Assembly (NCBI RefSeq): GCF_018350175.1
Contig: NC_058368.1
Location: 136,836,001 to 136,900,000 of the forward strand
Source: Felis catus
Lineage: Eukaryota
Direction of reading: 5' to 3'
Length of the DNA: 64,000 nucleotides
Part shown: positions 52,568 to 64,000 of the stretch, piece after piece
How the letters are laid out: each line of letters starts with the position of its first letter
How positions within the stretch are numbered: position 1 is the stretch's first letter
Notes under the pieces: model-generated
What the model saw: the letters and a program-made list of their open reading frames with translations, nothing else
What the model was told of the DNA's origin: nothing
The model's database searches: none
Program-made: the position numbers and the translations under genes

Positions 52568-53599
52568 GTAAAACTGTCTTAACTTTTAGAGCACTGTGGG
52601 TAGTGTTTGAGAGAGGATTTTTTTTTTCTACAAAGAATAATTTAGATTCTCTGAAGTCTTTTTTTCCATCTGGTGCAGATATTTCAATTTTAAATGTGTT
52701 CATTTTTAGAAAACTCAAGTTAGCCACGTCAGTTTTATCATGGAGAAAGCAATTTTATCATCTCACTCTTCTTTGGCAATTCTGTGGATAGGGAGAACAA
52801 GAAACAGTGTGCTGGCGGGGTTCAAGGTCTGCGAAGGATCCCCTTGCTATCAGTCTCATGCTGAACTCGTTGAGACAAGACCTCTCTCTAGTTCTCTCCC
52901 ATGTAAATCTGACCATCCTTCTTTGGTGAACTCAAGGGCTACTTTAATTTCATCTGAATATGTTCTGTGATTCAGAGTTGGAAGTAATATCCTTTCATTG
53001 TGCTCTATTTATATCACCTGTGTGACATTTATCACTGCTTGATGTTTTTCTAAGTAGATGTATGTTTCATTCTCCCCACTGGAGGTTAAGTTTGAGGCAT
53101 TTTTTTGTACCATCACCTAACAGTGCCTGGTGTACAGTTGATCTTTAATAAGTGTATGTGACACTAAGATAAACTTCAAGACAGAAAACGTGACTTAGAA
53201 AATCTTACTATATCAAGATTGTTTTTTACATACAGAAACTATTTCTTCTTTACTGAGTGAATGAATCAGTGAATACATGACAGCTGATATAGTGCAGTGA
53301 CCAAGGTTGTATGCTTTACTATAGACATTTGTGTTATTTAAACTTTGGAAACTTAACAAAACCTTTTTATGGGGAAAAAGAAGGAACACCAGGTAAGGTG
53401 GAAGAGCATGGTCCATGAAAACGTTTCCCTAAAAAGGGTAGCAATAATTTTCCAAAATAAGAGAGGCAGTAAGTAGGGTGATAGTGGAAAGAAAAATCTT
53501 CTGGGAAATTGAGAAACATATAGTCTCAACTTTAGCATTCACTGGCTTTGAAGTGGTCATGTAATTCATTTGTGAAATGAAAGGGTTGATTTCAAGAGC

Positions 53600-53790
53600 C
53601 CCAAGCTTTTACTATAAAAGGCCAGATAGTAAATGCTTTAGGCTTTAGAGGCTATGTACAGTTTCTACCACATATGGTCTTTGTCACATATTCTATCTTT
53701 GTTTTTGTTTTTACAAACCTTAAAAATTTTGAAAACCATTTTTAGCCATAAGCTTGACTTGGCCAAGGGTCTTATAGTTTGCTCCTTGCT
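53600..53790. mobile_element. MER58-like hAT relic
   Basis: TAAAAGGCCAGATAGTAAATGCTTTAGGCTTT...TTGGCCAAGGG...TAGTTTGC. Confidence 0.7.
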
Positions 53791-54782
53791 GGATTATTAG
53801 GTGATCCTTTACAATCATATCATTTTCTTATTTTATGAAACAGAATGCCAAACACACAACACCTGAGCATCAGTTTATTCAGCTCTGTGTTACTGAGCTT
53901 TCTGACTTTTTTAGAGATGCCTTCCTGAGTGTGTGCTAAAGTGGAGAGAATTTAATTCTGCTCCTTAGGAAGGCCGGAGGACTTTTCTCCCGTGTACTGT
54001 GTCTGAAAATAACTTGTTTCACTCATTGAAGATGAGAGTTGAAAAATTGAACCAGTCAGCCATTATAGATTCCCAGCCAGTGCTGGAAACTGTCCTCGCT
54101 CATCGAATTCAGGTTTTACTTTGGGTTTTGAGTTGTGGATCACGTCATGACAGAAATACATAGATATAAAGCTAATGCTGTTCTCACAAACCTAATCCAC
54201 CTACAGCATATACAAAGGAAGACAATTCAGTTTTACTGCTGCTGTCTGCTGGTTTGTGTGTCATTTAGTTCTTGGATTTTTTTTAAGGTTTGTCTTTTCA
54301 TGGGATTCTATCATGATTTCCATTCATATAATTGTTCACGTTTTTAAGTATTTGACTTACATGGATATTTTCAGATTGGAAATCCCCTCAGAAAAACTTT
54401 TTAGTGTTACTGGGCTTTACTCTGTTATTTCACAGAGTAACAGACTGAGTTTTTACAGTTTTAACGTTGTGGTACTTGTGTCTAGAAACCAGTCTGCCCA
54501 GATACAAAGAGACTTGTACACTCGGTGGTAAAAAGGCCCCAATTCAGAAAATTGACCAAAAGCTTTACAAATGAAGTTAATTTAGATTTGAACTGCTAAT
54601 ATATAGATAACTTGGTCTTTTTGCAAGTAGCCTGTATATGGGGCTTAATCTGTTAAATGGGTTGAAATAGGCTCTGGGAAATTCTTTTAGAAGGAAATCT
54701 GAAATACTGAGCACTATCAATCATTTTGTTAAGCTTGAAGGTACATGACATTTATTTACTGAGCAATCCTGTCTCCTGCCAG

Positions 54783-54896
54783 AATAGCCCTGAATCTTTG
54801 AAAATCTGTACTACATTAAGAGAAGAAGCCCTAATCAAAGGAGAAGTCCTCTCCAGGAGAGCATCCTGTTTTGCTGTGGCACTAGCTCTGAATCAG
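54783..54896 (+). CDS. PTCD2: PTCD2 coding exon 7
   Basis: tgccag|AATAGC...AATCAG|gtaata, 114 nt, [38 protein letters not shown]. Confidence 0.97.
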
Positions 54897-55489
54897 GTAA
54901 TAAGGCTTCAGGGTGTACATAAGTGAATTGGGAGTGGGAAGACTTGACTACTTGCATTTGTTCTTTTATTTATTTTTTTCCTTCTGACTGTATCCTAAAG
55001 AAAAAGTTCCCATAAGAGACCAATGCCTTTGGTGCCATGGCAACCTACATCTACACCTGTGCCTCCAAAGGATGCTTTTGTTTACAGTTGAGGACCTAAC
55101 ATCCATTGCTGTTTAGAAAGGGCTGGCCAAGATTTCTGTAGAGACTCAAGTGAGGGAAGCTCTACTCTGAGAGAAATTTGTCAAGTAATTCAAATGAAAA
55201 TTTTAAATGATTGTTTTCCCATGTAACGTTTCAGAACACTTTAACTTAATGCTCTCCAAAGTGGAATTTACTTGAGGTGAATGAGGAATCCTGGGTCAGT
55301 TTGCTGTTTAAGTGGAGTCATCGTATATTTCTTAGTTAGACCCAAATACTCTATTTGGAAGAGGTTTTAGTGATCTTTTAGCCTCTCCGTGTCTCAGGAC
55401 AAATGAAAGCAACTGAGGTCAGAGAGAGGAGAGGACTTTCCTGCCATCACATAGCAGTGAAGGACAATTAGAGCTGGAACCCTGGAATA

Positions 55490-55650
55490 ATCTCATGGTT
55501 CATGAGTTTGAGCCCTGCATCGGGCTCTCTGCTGTCAGCCTGTCAGCACAGAGCCCAGTTCAGATCCTCTGTCCCTCTATCTCTGCCCCTGCCCCTGCCC
55601 CGCTTGTACTCTCCCAAAAATAAATAAGTATTTTGTTAAAAAGTTAAAAA
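55490..55650 (+). mobile_element. 5'-truncated Can-SINE
   Basis: Starts at ATCTCATGGTTCATGAGTTTGAGCCC; the head is missing and the A-rich tail is present. Confidence 0.85.
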
Positions 55651-55831
55651 GTTATGCCATTTGGTGCTTAGATCTATCATTGATGTATCATTGACGCTCT
55701 ATCATTGACGTATATATCATTGTGAGTCTGTCACTGTCGCATTACAAAGTGCCTCTTTTGGTTTTGTTTAGAATGCTTCTTTTTGGGATTTTACCTTGTC
55801 TAATGTTAATATCTCTCCCACCCCATCCCAG

Positions 55832-56048
55832 TTTTTTTTTAATTTTTTTTTAAAGTTTTTATTTTTGAGAGACAGTGTAAACATGGACAGGCAAAGAGAG
55901 AGGGAGACACAGAATCCGAAGCAGGCCCCAGACTCTGAGCTGTCAGCACAGAGCCCGATGTGGGGCTCGAACCCATGAACCATGAGATCATGACATGAGC
56001 CGAAGTTGGATGCTTAACCAAGCGTAATTGAGCCACCCAAGTGCCCCC
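55832..56048 (-). mobile_element. Can-SINE
   Basis: Antisense copy. Confidence 0.92.
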
Positions 56049-57548
56049 CCCCACCCCTGCAAACCCCAGTTTTTGTTTGCCTCTTTGGTTTAATTAGGTT
56101 TGCATTCGCCTCCCACACCTTTTCCTATCCTTTTATTTGCCATCTTTTCTGAATTGTTTTGTGTGTATCTCTTGTACACTGCATAGATTTGAACATTGTC
56201 TTACGATATGCTGCTAGTCTTTTAATGTCCTCCATCTAGATAGACGTGGTGTATTTAATCTTAGGTTTCAGTTATGTTTTGTTTTTGTTTTTGTTTTCAA
56301 CTTTTAAAATTGCTTCTAGCATGTGGTGGTTTTCTTTTTTTTTTTTTTTGGTTTGTATTTTTGCATTAGTGGTTACTTTAAAACCATAACTTGATTTAAT
56401 CTTCTTAGTATTCTAATGAATTTGACAGTACCTATTAGTTTCCTACTGTGAGTAATGCTGAAATTAGTGTATTTCCTCTTTTTTCTCGTTTTCCTCCTCT
56501 CTACCACCCAATTTTGGTTGATATGTTACTTTTCATAGTACTCATTTTTCTCTTAAGTATGCTTATTTGTCAGCTTTAAATGCTGTTTTTCTGACCACAC
56601 ATAATAAAGACAAGGCAACTAAGCATACTTTCTCTTATATATAGTGTTTCTCCCGTTGTCTTCATTATCCAACTACATAACACTTTGTGCTTCATTCTGC
56701 AACCGTATTCCCCACATTTGTTTTAGTCCTGTATGTATTTAAATATGTATTCTTACGTATACTTGAACATATTCATATATTTTAAAATATTCATTTACTA
56801 TTGGTTTTCCAGTCATCCCTTTGTTGATTGAAAGGCAGCTCTTCTTTTTCCTCATGGTGTCTTTATATAGATCATGTGCTGGTTCATTTTTGAGTACTCA
56901 TTGATAGACAAGTTTCTTACACCAGCCATTTATAGAAAATCCAGGCTAGGGAGAAAGCAGAGCCATGTTGTCATGCTCTAGACTAGTAGGACTTTTTTTT
57001 ATGTTTAAGTTTTGTCTACAAAAATGCCTAGGCCTTATTTCTCCTTGGCTACTGGGAATAGGCATGGAGGCGGTTTTCAGTGAAGAATCTCATTCTCTGC
57101 CCCTGTCGTAGTGACAGACTCTTTCCTGTGAGTATGGCTTATCTGTGTAAGTTTTTGGTGAGCCTCACTTTTGCCACAAAAAGGATCCAGAGGACTTCTC
57201 CTTAGTAGTCCTAAATTCCATTGCCATTGTTGTAAACAGGAATTCAGATTTTGTACTTCAGATCGTGGCCCTCACCTTTGAGAACTACTTTGTGGGCTCC
57301 TAAGATAGGCAGCAATGTTCTCTGCTCACTGCTTTATCTAGAACTCACCCTGTTCTCTGTCTCCCATGTTGTTGGCAGTACTTCCATCTCTTGTGAGCTT
57401 TAAGGTTTCTGCTCTTCTAATTATGTCAGGCGTGGAGTTCGCATTTCTGCTTCTCAATCTTGATTTCTTTTTCTTTTCTTCAAAACTTGCCCAGTGGGAG
57501 AAGGAGAAATGCCAACTTTATGCCCCCATCTTAAAAACTAGAACTCAG

Positions 57549-57736
57549 AGGCACCTAGGTGGCTCAGTTGGTTAAGTGTCTGACTCTTGATTTCAGCTCA
57601 GGTCATGATCTCACAGTTCGTGGGTTTGAACCTCTGTCACTGCAGAGCCCACTTGGGATTCTCTCTCTGCCTCTCCCTTGCTCATGCGCTGTCTCTCTCT
57701 CTCTCTCAAAATAAATAAATAAGCATTTTAAAAAAA
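57549..57736 (+). mobile_element. Can-SINE
   Basis: GAGGCACCTAGGTGGCTCAG head; TSD-like GAACTCAG. Confidence 0.9.
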
Positions 57737-57794
57737 CGAACTCAGTTTATTAAAATGTTCAGTAATTTTCTAGATTTGGAGTGCATAGGTCACA

Positions 57795-57970
57795 GGATGA
57801 AAGACACCATAAGGAGTATAGTCGATAGCCTTGTAATAGCGTTGTATGGTGACAGATGACAGCTACACTTGTGGAGAGCACAATTTATTGTATAGACTTG
57901 TTGAGTCACTATGTTGTACACCTAAAACTAATGTAACACTGTGTGTTGATTATACTTCCATAAAAATAAA
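57795..57970 (+). mobile_element. L1 (L1MA9/L1_Carn-like) 3' end
   Basis: GTATGGTGACAGATG...CTACACTTGTGG...TCACTATGTTGTACACCTAAAACTAATGTAACAC...AATAAA. Confidence 0.8.
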
Positions 57971-58055
57971 GTATTTTGGAAACTATTTTTAAAATTTAGT
58001 AATATGCAAGTGTAGGAAATATTTTGTAGAAAGTTCATTGTTTTTCCTGCAAACA

Positions 58056-58056
58056 T

Positions 58057-58107
<51 letters not shown>

Positions 58108-58271
58108 GAGAGCGTGTGAGCACATGAGTGGGGGAGGGGCAGAGAGAGGAATCCCAAGCAGGCTCTGCACTGTCAGCACAGAGCCCATCTCGGGGCTTGG
58201 ATTCATGAACCATGAGATCATGACCTGAACAAGACTCAGGTGCTTAACCAACTGAGCCACCCAGGCGCCCC
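58056..58271 (-). mobile_element. Can-SINE with (TTTA)n tail microsatellite
   Basis: (TTTA)n run at 58056-58107 followed by an antisense SINE body. Confidence 0.92.
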
Positions 58272-58432
58272 AGAAAGGTCATTTTTGATTACCAAAAAAA
58301 CTTTTTCTTTGTGGACTTCAAAACCCTTGGGGTACCATGAATAAGAATATCCTGATGTCTTTAAAAAGTCTTTATGACAGCAGAGTAATGTTCATATGAT
58401 TTGAAAGTATAACTTGGTTTTCTTTCTTCTAG

Positions 58433-58507
58433 AATCAGGTGGCGAAAGCTATATCAATTTTTTCTCAAATCATGAAGCCAGAAAGCATTATCTGCACTAA
58501 TTTAAAT
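58433..58507 (+). CDS. PTCD2: PTCD2 coding exon 8; later exons lie beyond the right edge
   Basis: ttctag|AATCAG...TTAAAT|gtaagt, 75 nt, [25 protein letters not shown]. Confidence 0.96.
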
Positions 58508-59457
58508 GTAAGTGACTTCTTTTTTTAAAGTAAGGCTTGAAAGGTAGTAAGATGATGTCTAGATTTTTTAAATCTGTGTATAAGGAATTTTGATCTCCTA
58601 AGATCTTGATTCAGTTCAGTGATTTATTGAGCTCTGTGTTAAAGTTACATTATAGCCCCTCTAACAGGAGTCAACCGGCTGTGCTTCCAGGAGTTTATAA
58701 ACGGGTGAGAAATGTAGATATGCTCAGATACAAGATGTAGCTAAATGCTGCAGATATAACACATGACTACAGAAAGCTGTGGATACAGAGAGGAAGGAGA
58801 TAGACTCTTAACTTTGTCTTGACTGAGACTTGAGAATAATCTTTGTGCTAATTGCATCCTGTTTATGGTACCTAACCCAGGGAGTTAGTATACCTATGGT
58901 GCATAAAGTAGTGCTTGACATGGTAAGAACTCAACAAATGTTAGTTGTTTTCATTCTTGTGTTGCCAGCCTGCCATGGCCCATCTGTCCCAGTGAGCAAT
59001 GAGTCATCTACGCCTTACTGGTGCAATTAAAAAGACAACGAGACTCTTGTCATTAAAGACCTCATACACCCCATTCAGCTAACCCCTGCTGAGGCCCTGC
59101 TTGTATGCTGAGTATACTTGTGTTATGGGGAGTTGAAAAGAAAGCCCGTAACTTTCAAGAACTTAGTCTCTTGAAACATCACGAGGTCAAGATGAGGAAA
59201 ACATTGTCAAAAGAACAGAAATGTGTTAATGCCAGTGTGGTATGAACTAGGACAAAGGGTCACAGCCAGGGCAGTGTTGCAGCCTGGGGAGTGAAGTGCT
59301 GGCCAGTGGGAGCAAACTGAGCAGGTCTCAGTGAAGAGAGAATTGTTGAGCAGTGTCTGAAGGAGAACAGGACCATGGGATTGAAGGGATGAGGGTTAAA
59401 GGGCATTCTTTGTTAGGAGATTAGTTTTGCTGAGGGTTCCCATTAAAAGAATATAAA

Positions 59458-59648
59458 CTTTTTTAAATGTTTTTTATTTAATTACTTATTTTGAGGGGGG
59501 TGTGGTGCAGAGAGAGCAGGGAGAGACAGAGGGAATCCCACGCAGGCTCTGCGCTGTCAGCACAAAGTCCAACCACGAATCATGAGATCATGACCTTAGC
59601 CGAAATCAAGAGTTGGATGCTAAACTGACTGAGCCACCCAAGCACCCC
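59458..59648 (-). mobile_element. Can-SINE
   Basis: Antisense copy. Confidence 0.88.
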
Positions 59649-60047
59649 TGCAAACTTTTAATTGTAACCACTTCTTACTAGCCTTAAGTCCTTAGGCAAC
59701 TTATTTAACCTCTATGGTCTCCATTTTCTTTTATCTGAAACAGCAATAGTAATAGAGATATTACCATCCTGTCATTGTGAAAATTGAAAGAATAATGCAT
59801 ATAAAGTAGATAACACAGTACCTGGCATGTAGTCAGTGTTCATTGAATGCTTGCTAATACCAGAAGCATTTGTTTGAAATGAAGTGTGTTACATAAAGAG
59901 GAATATTTATATTTAACAAATCCTAGAACCCAATGAGTAGGAATTAGGCATAACTCCAAGGTTCCATGGTTTTCTGTTCTTCCATAGTGATTATCCTCAA
60001 ATGTCACCCCCAGACCAGGGCCCAGATGACTTTCAAGAAAGGACTAG

Positions 60048-60502
60048 GGGGGTGCCTGGGTGGCGCAGTCGGTTAAGCGTCCGACTTCAGCCAGGTCATG
60101 ATCTCACGGTCCGTGAGTTCGAGCCCCGCGTCAGGCTCTGGGCTGATGGCTCAGAGCCTGGAGCCTGTTTCCGATTCTGTGTCTCCCTCTCTCTCTGCCC
60201 CTCCCCCGTTCATGCTCTGTCTCTCTCTGTCCCAAAAATAAATAAACGTTGAAAAAAAAAAATTAAAAAAAAAAAAAAAAAAAGGACTAGGGGTGCTTGG
60301 GTGGCTCAGTGGGTTAGCGTCCAATTTTGGCTCAGGTCGGAATCTCATGGTTCGTAAGTTCAAGCCCCTCATTGGACTCTGTGCTGACAGCTCAGAGCCT
60401 GGAGCCTGCTACAGATTCTGTGTCTCCCTGTCTCTCTGTCCCTCTCCCACTTGTTTTGTCTCTCTCTCTTAAAAATAAACATAAGAAAAAAAAGAGAGAG
60501 AG
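60048..60502 (+). mobile_element. Two tandem Can-SINEs (young about 60048-60281; older about 60290-60502)
   Basis: AAGGACTAG recurs at 60039, 60282 and 60503; the first copy retains CpGs and a long A tail. Confidence 0.95.
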
Positions 60503-63009
60503 AAGGACTAGATGAGCCTTTCTGGTAAAGTTTGGAGAATAAGGTTGCCAAAAAAATCTGAGATAAGAATACCTTATATTTGACCTCACATTGACTTTGC
60601 AAAGTCCTTTCGTGTGAGGGAAAGATGACCAGGGAACGAGAAAGATGGATACAGTGATAATAGAGAAAGTGAAAAAAAGCATGGTTTTGGGAGGGAAGAG
60701 ACTAAATACTAGGAAAATATCCAAAAAAAGATCTTGTAGTTTTTAAAGGGCAGGAACCTAGATGGGGTTGAATATCATAGCTGTTAGTTAAGAGCTCGTC
60801 TATATAAGACCAGCAGTGGGTCTGATATGAACTGACAAATGCCACAAAAAAGTGAAGAGGACCAAGAAGTGAGTTTAATAGGACCGCAGCGATGAGGCAG
60901 AGGAATCCCCAGAAGACAGGGAAGAAATAGCACCAGTGTATAGAAATCTAAGAGGACTGATAACCCTGCCCATCACAGCCTGCTGCAGACAGCCCCTGTC
61001 CCAAGACTGGTGCCTATGCAGAAACTGCAGGTCAGAGCAGATGGGTCAGCCTGAAAAGCTCACAGGCATGAGATCTGGGAGGTCAAGGTGGCAAAGGTCC
61101 AGAGTATCAGTAATGGTATCAGTAAGCCAAACAGGAGGAAGCCTACTCTTCCAGCAGGTGCTGTGTGTGTTGTGCCTTCTCTGCTGGCTGCTGGGTTTTG
61201 ATGACTCTGGGTTTCCAAGTACATAATTGCTTCTGAGAGAGGGAATGGCCTGCAGATGAACTCCTTTCAGGATTGGACAGAAGTAGAATTGCTAGGATTC
61301 CAAGTGGTTCATAGTATCAGGTAGGAAAGAGGAGTGTTCTGTGGATCATTGGTAGCTTTTCCTAGAGTTGAAATGAGCTTGGGAGGATCAGTAAGGATTG
61401 GTGGTGAGAAATTAAAGAGATACAGATCAGCACGGTTTTCATTTAATTGAGCTAAGGTACCACGCTAGGTACTTAATACTCATTGGTTCATTTTATACAA
61501 TGTAGGAACAATATTTCCCCATATCACACATGTGGAAAATGGAGATTCAAAGGGTAAATAAATTACCCAAGTTCTTGAAGCTAATTATGTACAGAGTCAG
61601 GCTGTAACACAAACACATCTGTTTGATTACAAAGCTTAGGGTTTCCCCACCACTCCATACCTGCAGAGATAAGGGTTGTGTCTTTTTATTCAGGATTGGG
61701 ACTAGCTGATCCTCCTGAATGATGAAAAGGAATAGGATTGGATGTCAAAAAGCCAAGTTGCTGGTAGTGCACATGCTCCATGTTCTTGTGTTGAGAGGCT
61801 TCATCTCTTGCACTCCTTGGCTGTCACATTTATTATGAGAATCTAGTGATAATTTTTTTTTTCATCTGAGAAAAGTGCTTTGGTGGAAATAAAACATAGC
61901 CTGAGAGTGAAGCTGTCCACTCACAGTAGGAGGAGAAATCCAGAGCCCAGAGCATGGTGGGGAGTGCGCCCACCAGCCAGGACAGCAGGACTAGCTTCTT
62001 TTCTCTGAGAGCTGGGAAGGAAGGGCAGCTGATAAACTTGGTGGAATGGGTATGTTTTGGGCAAACACTATATAAGGAACCTTGAACTCACCTTGAATAT
62101 GAATTGTCCCTCCATGAACTGGGTCACAGAAATATACATTGTTCAGACACTTAAAGACCATTTTATTGTTTATTGTTTAAAAGTGCTCACTCAGGAACTT
62201 CTTCCAAATGTCCAACCAAGTTTCTTATATTTCAGGGTAAACCTGTTTTGGCTTCCTTAGGGATATTGAAAAAAGATGGTTGCCATTCTCAGGTTTAATA
62301 ATCTTTCAGATTCAGATCTCTGTTATTAGAGCAGGCTTTTAAAAACTGATTTAATGGGCCCTAGCTTCTCTAAGGCTGAGTCATCTACTTGGAATCCCTA
62401 AGGGCAATTTGTTAATTATTAAGAAATGGAAACCTAACAAATAGGCTGCGGTAGAAAGTCAGTTCAGTCAGTATTAGCAGAAATAAATGAAGTTTTTTTT
62501 TTTTTCTGATCTACTTTAGAAATTAATGTCTTCTACTAAAATCTTTTCCTGCTGCCAGTTGGAATTTGAACTTACCTAATTTTTCCCCCTCAACTTAATT
62601 TTCTTTTCATCAAAACTGCTCTTGCTGCCAATATGACCCAGAGGGCCTGATTTTCCATTTTCCCAGCTAATACTTGCTACATACTGAATTGATTTCTCAG
62701 ATGATCTCATGGAGGCGCATGCATGTTGGCTCTGCTGTCTGAATTCAAACTCATCAATTTCAAAAGAACTGTAGCCCCCTCTTTAGCAATGTTAATCAAT
62801 ATCAAAAGATTAATCTCCACTTCCAAATAATGTTTGAAAGAGCTGAGACCAACATGGGATAGCTTTCCACTGATGCTATTTGAATTCCAATCATGTCTCT
62901 AGAAATAAGGCATGTCTCCAAGTGGATACCCATTTTGGAATTCAATTACCTTGCAGGGGAATTGACAATTGGTTAGTTTTGCTACTTTTACCATTATTTT
63001 TTAACACAG

Positions 63010-63477
63010 AAAAAAAATTTTTTTTAAATATTTATTTATTTTTGAGAAAGAGAGAGCATGTGCATGTGTGCTTATGTGAATGGGGAAGGGGCAGAGAGAG
63101 GAGAGAATTCCAAGCAGGCTCCATGCTGTCAGTGCAGAGTCCAGGGCGGGGCTTGATCCCACCAACCATGAGATCATGACCCAAGCTGAAATCAAGAGTC
63201 AGATGCTCAACTGACTGAGCCACTCAGGTTCCCCAACACAGATAGATGTTTTTCGGTTTTTTGGATTTTTTTAAATGTTTGTTTATTTTTGAGACACAGG
63301 GAGACAGAGCACGAGTGGGGGAGGGGCAGAGAGAGAGGGAGACACAGAATCTGAAACAGGCTCCAGGCTCTGAGCTGTCAGCACACAGCCCGATGCGGGG
63401 CTCCAACCCAGGAACCATGAGATCGTGACCTGAGCCTAAGTTGGATGCTTAACCGACTGAGCCACCCAGGCTCCCCC
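63010..63477 (-). mobile_element. Two adjacent antisense Can-SINEs (about 63010-63233 and 63258-63477)
   Basis: Two antisense copies; the second has TSD CAGATAGATGTTTT. Confidence 0.92.
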
Positions 63478-64000
63478 AGATAGATGTTTTAATGCCCCTT
63501 TCTGCAGTCACTAAGGTCCCCCTAAAGTTACAGTCCATGCTAGGAAGCCTCCTAGGCTGCATGGGGTAGGCAAGGAGATAGGACTCTTTCTCATAAATCC
63601 CTTAAGATTTTGGAACTTAAGAATTGCATTTTGGCTAAGAGCAATGTAGACTTGAGGGGAAAAAAAGGAGTCTGTACAACTGAGAAGCTTTGTTTTTCTT
63701 CCATGTATAAAAACCATGTAGATGGTCAGTCTAGGTCTGGTGTGACATTTTATGATAACATCAGGGACCCAGCCTCTTTCTGTGTTTCCATACCACCATT
63801 GTAAGTGTATGATTTTTATCTATTACGTCTTTTCCAGCAAGATAGAGGAAGAATGGAGGAGAAAGACACTGGACCCTTTTGAGGATGTTTTCCCAAATGT
63901 CTCACCCAGCCACTTATACTTACATGTTATGGGCCAGAACTGAATCCTGTAACCATACGTAGTAGTAGCAAAGAAACGTGAGAAATATAGTCTTAGAATT

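Noticed and set aside
54726..54926. 66-aa ORF as a stand-alone gene
   Set aside because: It is PTCD2 exon 7 plus flanking intron read-through.

Overview
This is mammalian (carnivore, most likely felid) genomic DNA, judged from about 30 tRNA-derived Can-SINE/SINEC_Fc-type copies and carnivore L1 3' ends. It is not prokaryotic, and almost all ORFs in the track are repeat-derived or spurious. The window holds two head-to-head nuclear genes for mitochondrial pentatricopeptide-repeat (PPR) proteins. MRPS27 is on the minus strand (coding exons 1-4 at 39891-39819, 35127-35050, 23878-23808, 21544-21486; intron 4 runs off the left edge). PTCD2 is on the plus strand (coding exons 1-8 from 40009 to 58507; intron 8 runs off the right edge). 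Only 117 bp of CpG-rich bidirectional promoter separates the start codons. Three observations stand out. (1) The two genes share exon phases and lengths and align without gaps, consistent with an ancient inverted duplication. (2) A second CpG-rich, CCAAT-box promoter-like element with a strong splice donor lies inside MRPS27 intron 2 and could yield an isoform lacking the mitochondrial presequence. (3) There are several splice-site peculiarities and nested or inverted SINE arrangements. Gene calls rest on my recollection of the human proteins plus GT-AG and phase consistency. Repeat subfamily names and boundaries are approximate.
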